Shown here: piece by piece, positions 63,055-64,000 of the stretch
How the letters are laid out: the number at the start of each line of letters is the position of its first letter
Numbering within the stretch: position 1 is the first letter of the stretch
Source of the DNA: Eledone cirrhosa
Lineage: Eukaryota
Assembly: GCA_964016885.1 (NCBI GenBank)
Contig: OZ024766.1
Span: 7,936,001 to 8,000,000, forward strand
Direction of reading: 5' to 3'
Length of the DNA stretch: 64,000 nt
The notes under the pieces: generated by a model
Seen by the model: the letters and a program-made list of their open reading frames with translations, nothing else
Told to the model about the DNA's origin: nothing
Databases searched by the model: none
Program-made: the position numbers and the translations under genes

Positions 63055-63981
63055 CCTGCTGAACATAAGTTGGCGACATCTGACTTTAAGAGAGATAGAA
63101 GTTGGCCTCCCACACATATCTGTCGTACGTAAAAGGAGAGTAAGATTTGCTGGCCACTGCCATCGTGCCACCTATGAGGCTGTCCCATTAGTGCTATAGA
63201 AACCACAAGCAGTCACTAATAACAGGGGGCACAAGCTCTCCTATCCCAATTTGCTGGCCACTGCCATCGTGCCGCCTCTGAGGCTGTCCCATTAGTGCTT
63301 TGGAAACCACAAGCAGTCACTAATAACAGGGGCACAAGCTCTCCTATCCCAATTTGCTGGCCACTGCCATCGTGCCGCCTATGAGGCTGTCCCATTAGTG
63401 CTATAGAAACCACAAGCAGTCACTAATAACAGGGGCACAAGCTCTCCTATCCCAATTTGCTGGCCACTGCCATCGTGCCGCCTATGAGGCTGTCCCATTA
63501 GTGCTATAGAAACCACAAGCAGTCACTAATAACAGGGGCACAAGCTCTCCTATCCCAATTTGCTGGCCACTGCCATCGTGCCGCCTATGAGGCTGTCCCA
63601 TTAGTGCTATAGAAACCACAAGTAGTCACTAATAACAGGGGCCACAAGCTCTCCTATCCCAATTTGCTGGCCACTGCCATCGTGCCGCCTATGAGGCTGT
63701 CTCATTAGTGCTATAGAAACCACAAGCAGTCACTAATAACAGGGGCCACAAGCTCTCCTATCCCAATTTGCTGGCCACTGCCATCGTGCCGCCTCTGAGG
63801 CTGTCCCATTAGTGCTTTGGAAACCACAAGCAGTCACTAATAACAGGGGCCACAAGCTCTCCTATCTTGATGTCATCTCCAGAGATTCTGGTATTGAAAT
63901 CCAGCATTAGGCAACGGCAATGAACAACAGACCCCCGTGGAGATCAATTGTTGAGTCCAATTCGGCTGAGGCCACCAGATG
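63055..63981 (+). mobile_element. Decayed RTE-type LINE 3' end with an internal ~103-bp array (~7 copies, 63145-63866)
   Basis: Manual translation LNISWRH...RKRRVRFAGHCHRA...KP...RGHKLSY-[array]-LDVISRDSG...AMNNRPPWRSIV...*, typical of RTE C-termini. Confidence 0.85.
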
Positions 63982-64000
63982 ATATCATCATCATCATCAT

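Overview
Repeat-saturated eukaryotic DNA. The SINE families, RTE LINEs and very long (TA)n/(CA)n tracts suggest a coleoid cephalopod such as Octopus; this is inferred from family appearance, with no database search. No credible host protein-coding exon was found, and all long ORFs are translations of microsatellites or minisatellites. The window holds tRNA-headed SINEs, RTE and CR1-like LINE remnants, a hAT-type MITE with an 8-bp TSD, a mariner transposase fragment and about 20 tandem arrays. Two patterns stand out. First, about a dozen hammerhead-ribozyme (HHR) motifs or HHR remnants from several unrelated Penelope-like/retrozyme-like short elements: one canonical core at 54823-54868, a tandem pair of minimal HHRs at 24484/24714, and several fold-back palindromes turning at or near the ribozyme. 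Second, minisatellites repeatedly born inside TE copies between short microhomologies, including a 1-copy/2-copy/18-copy series in one SINE family. Coordinates were counted by eye and boundaries are approximate.
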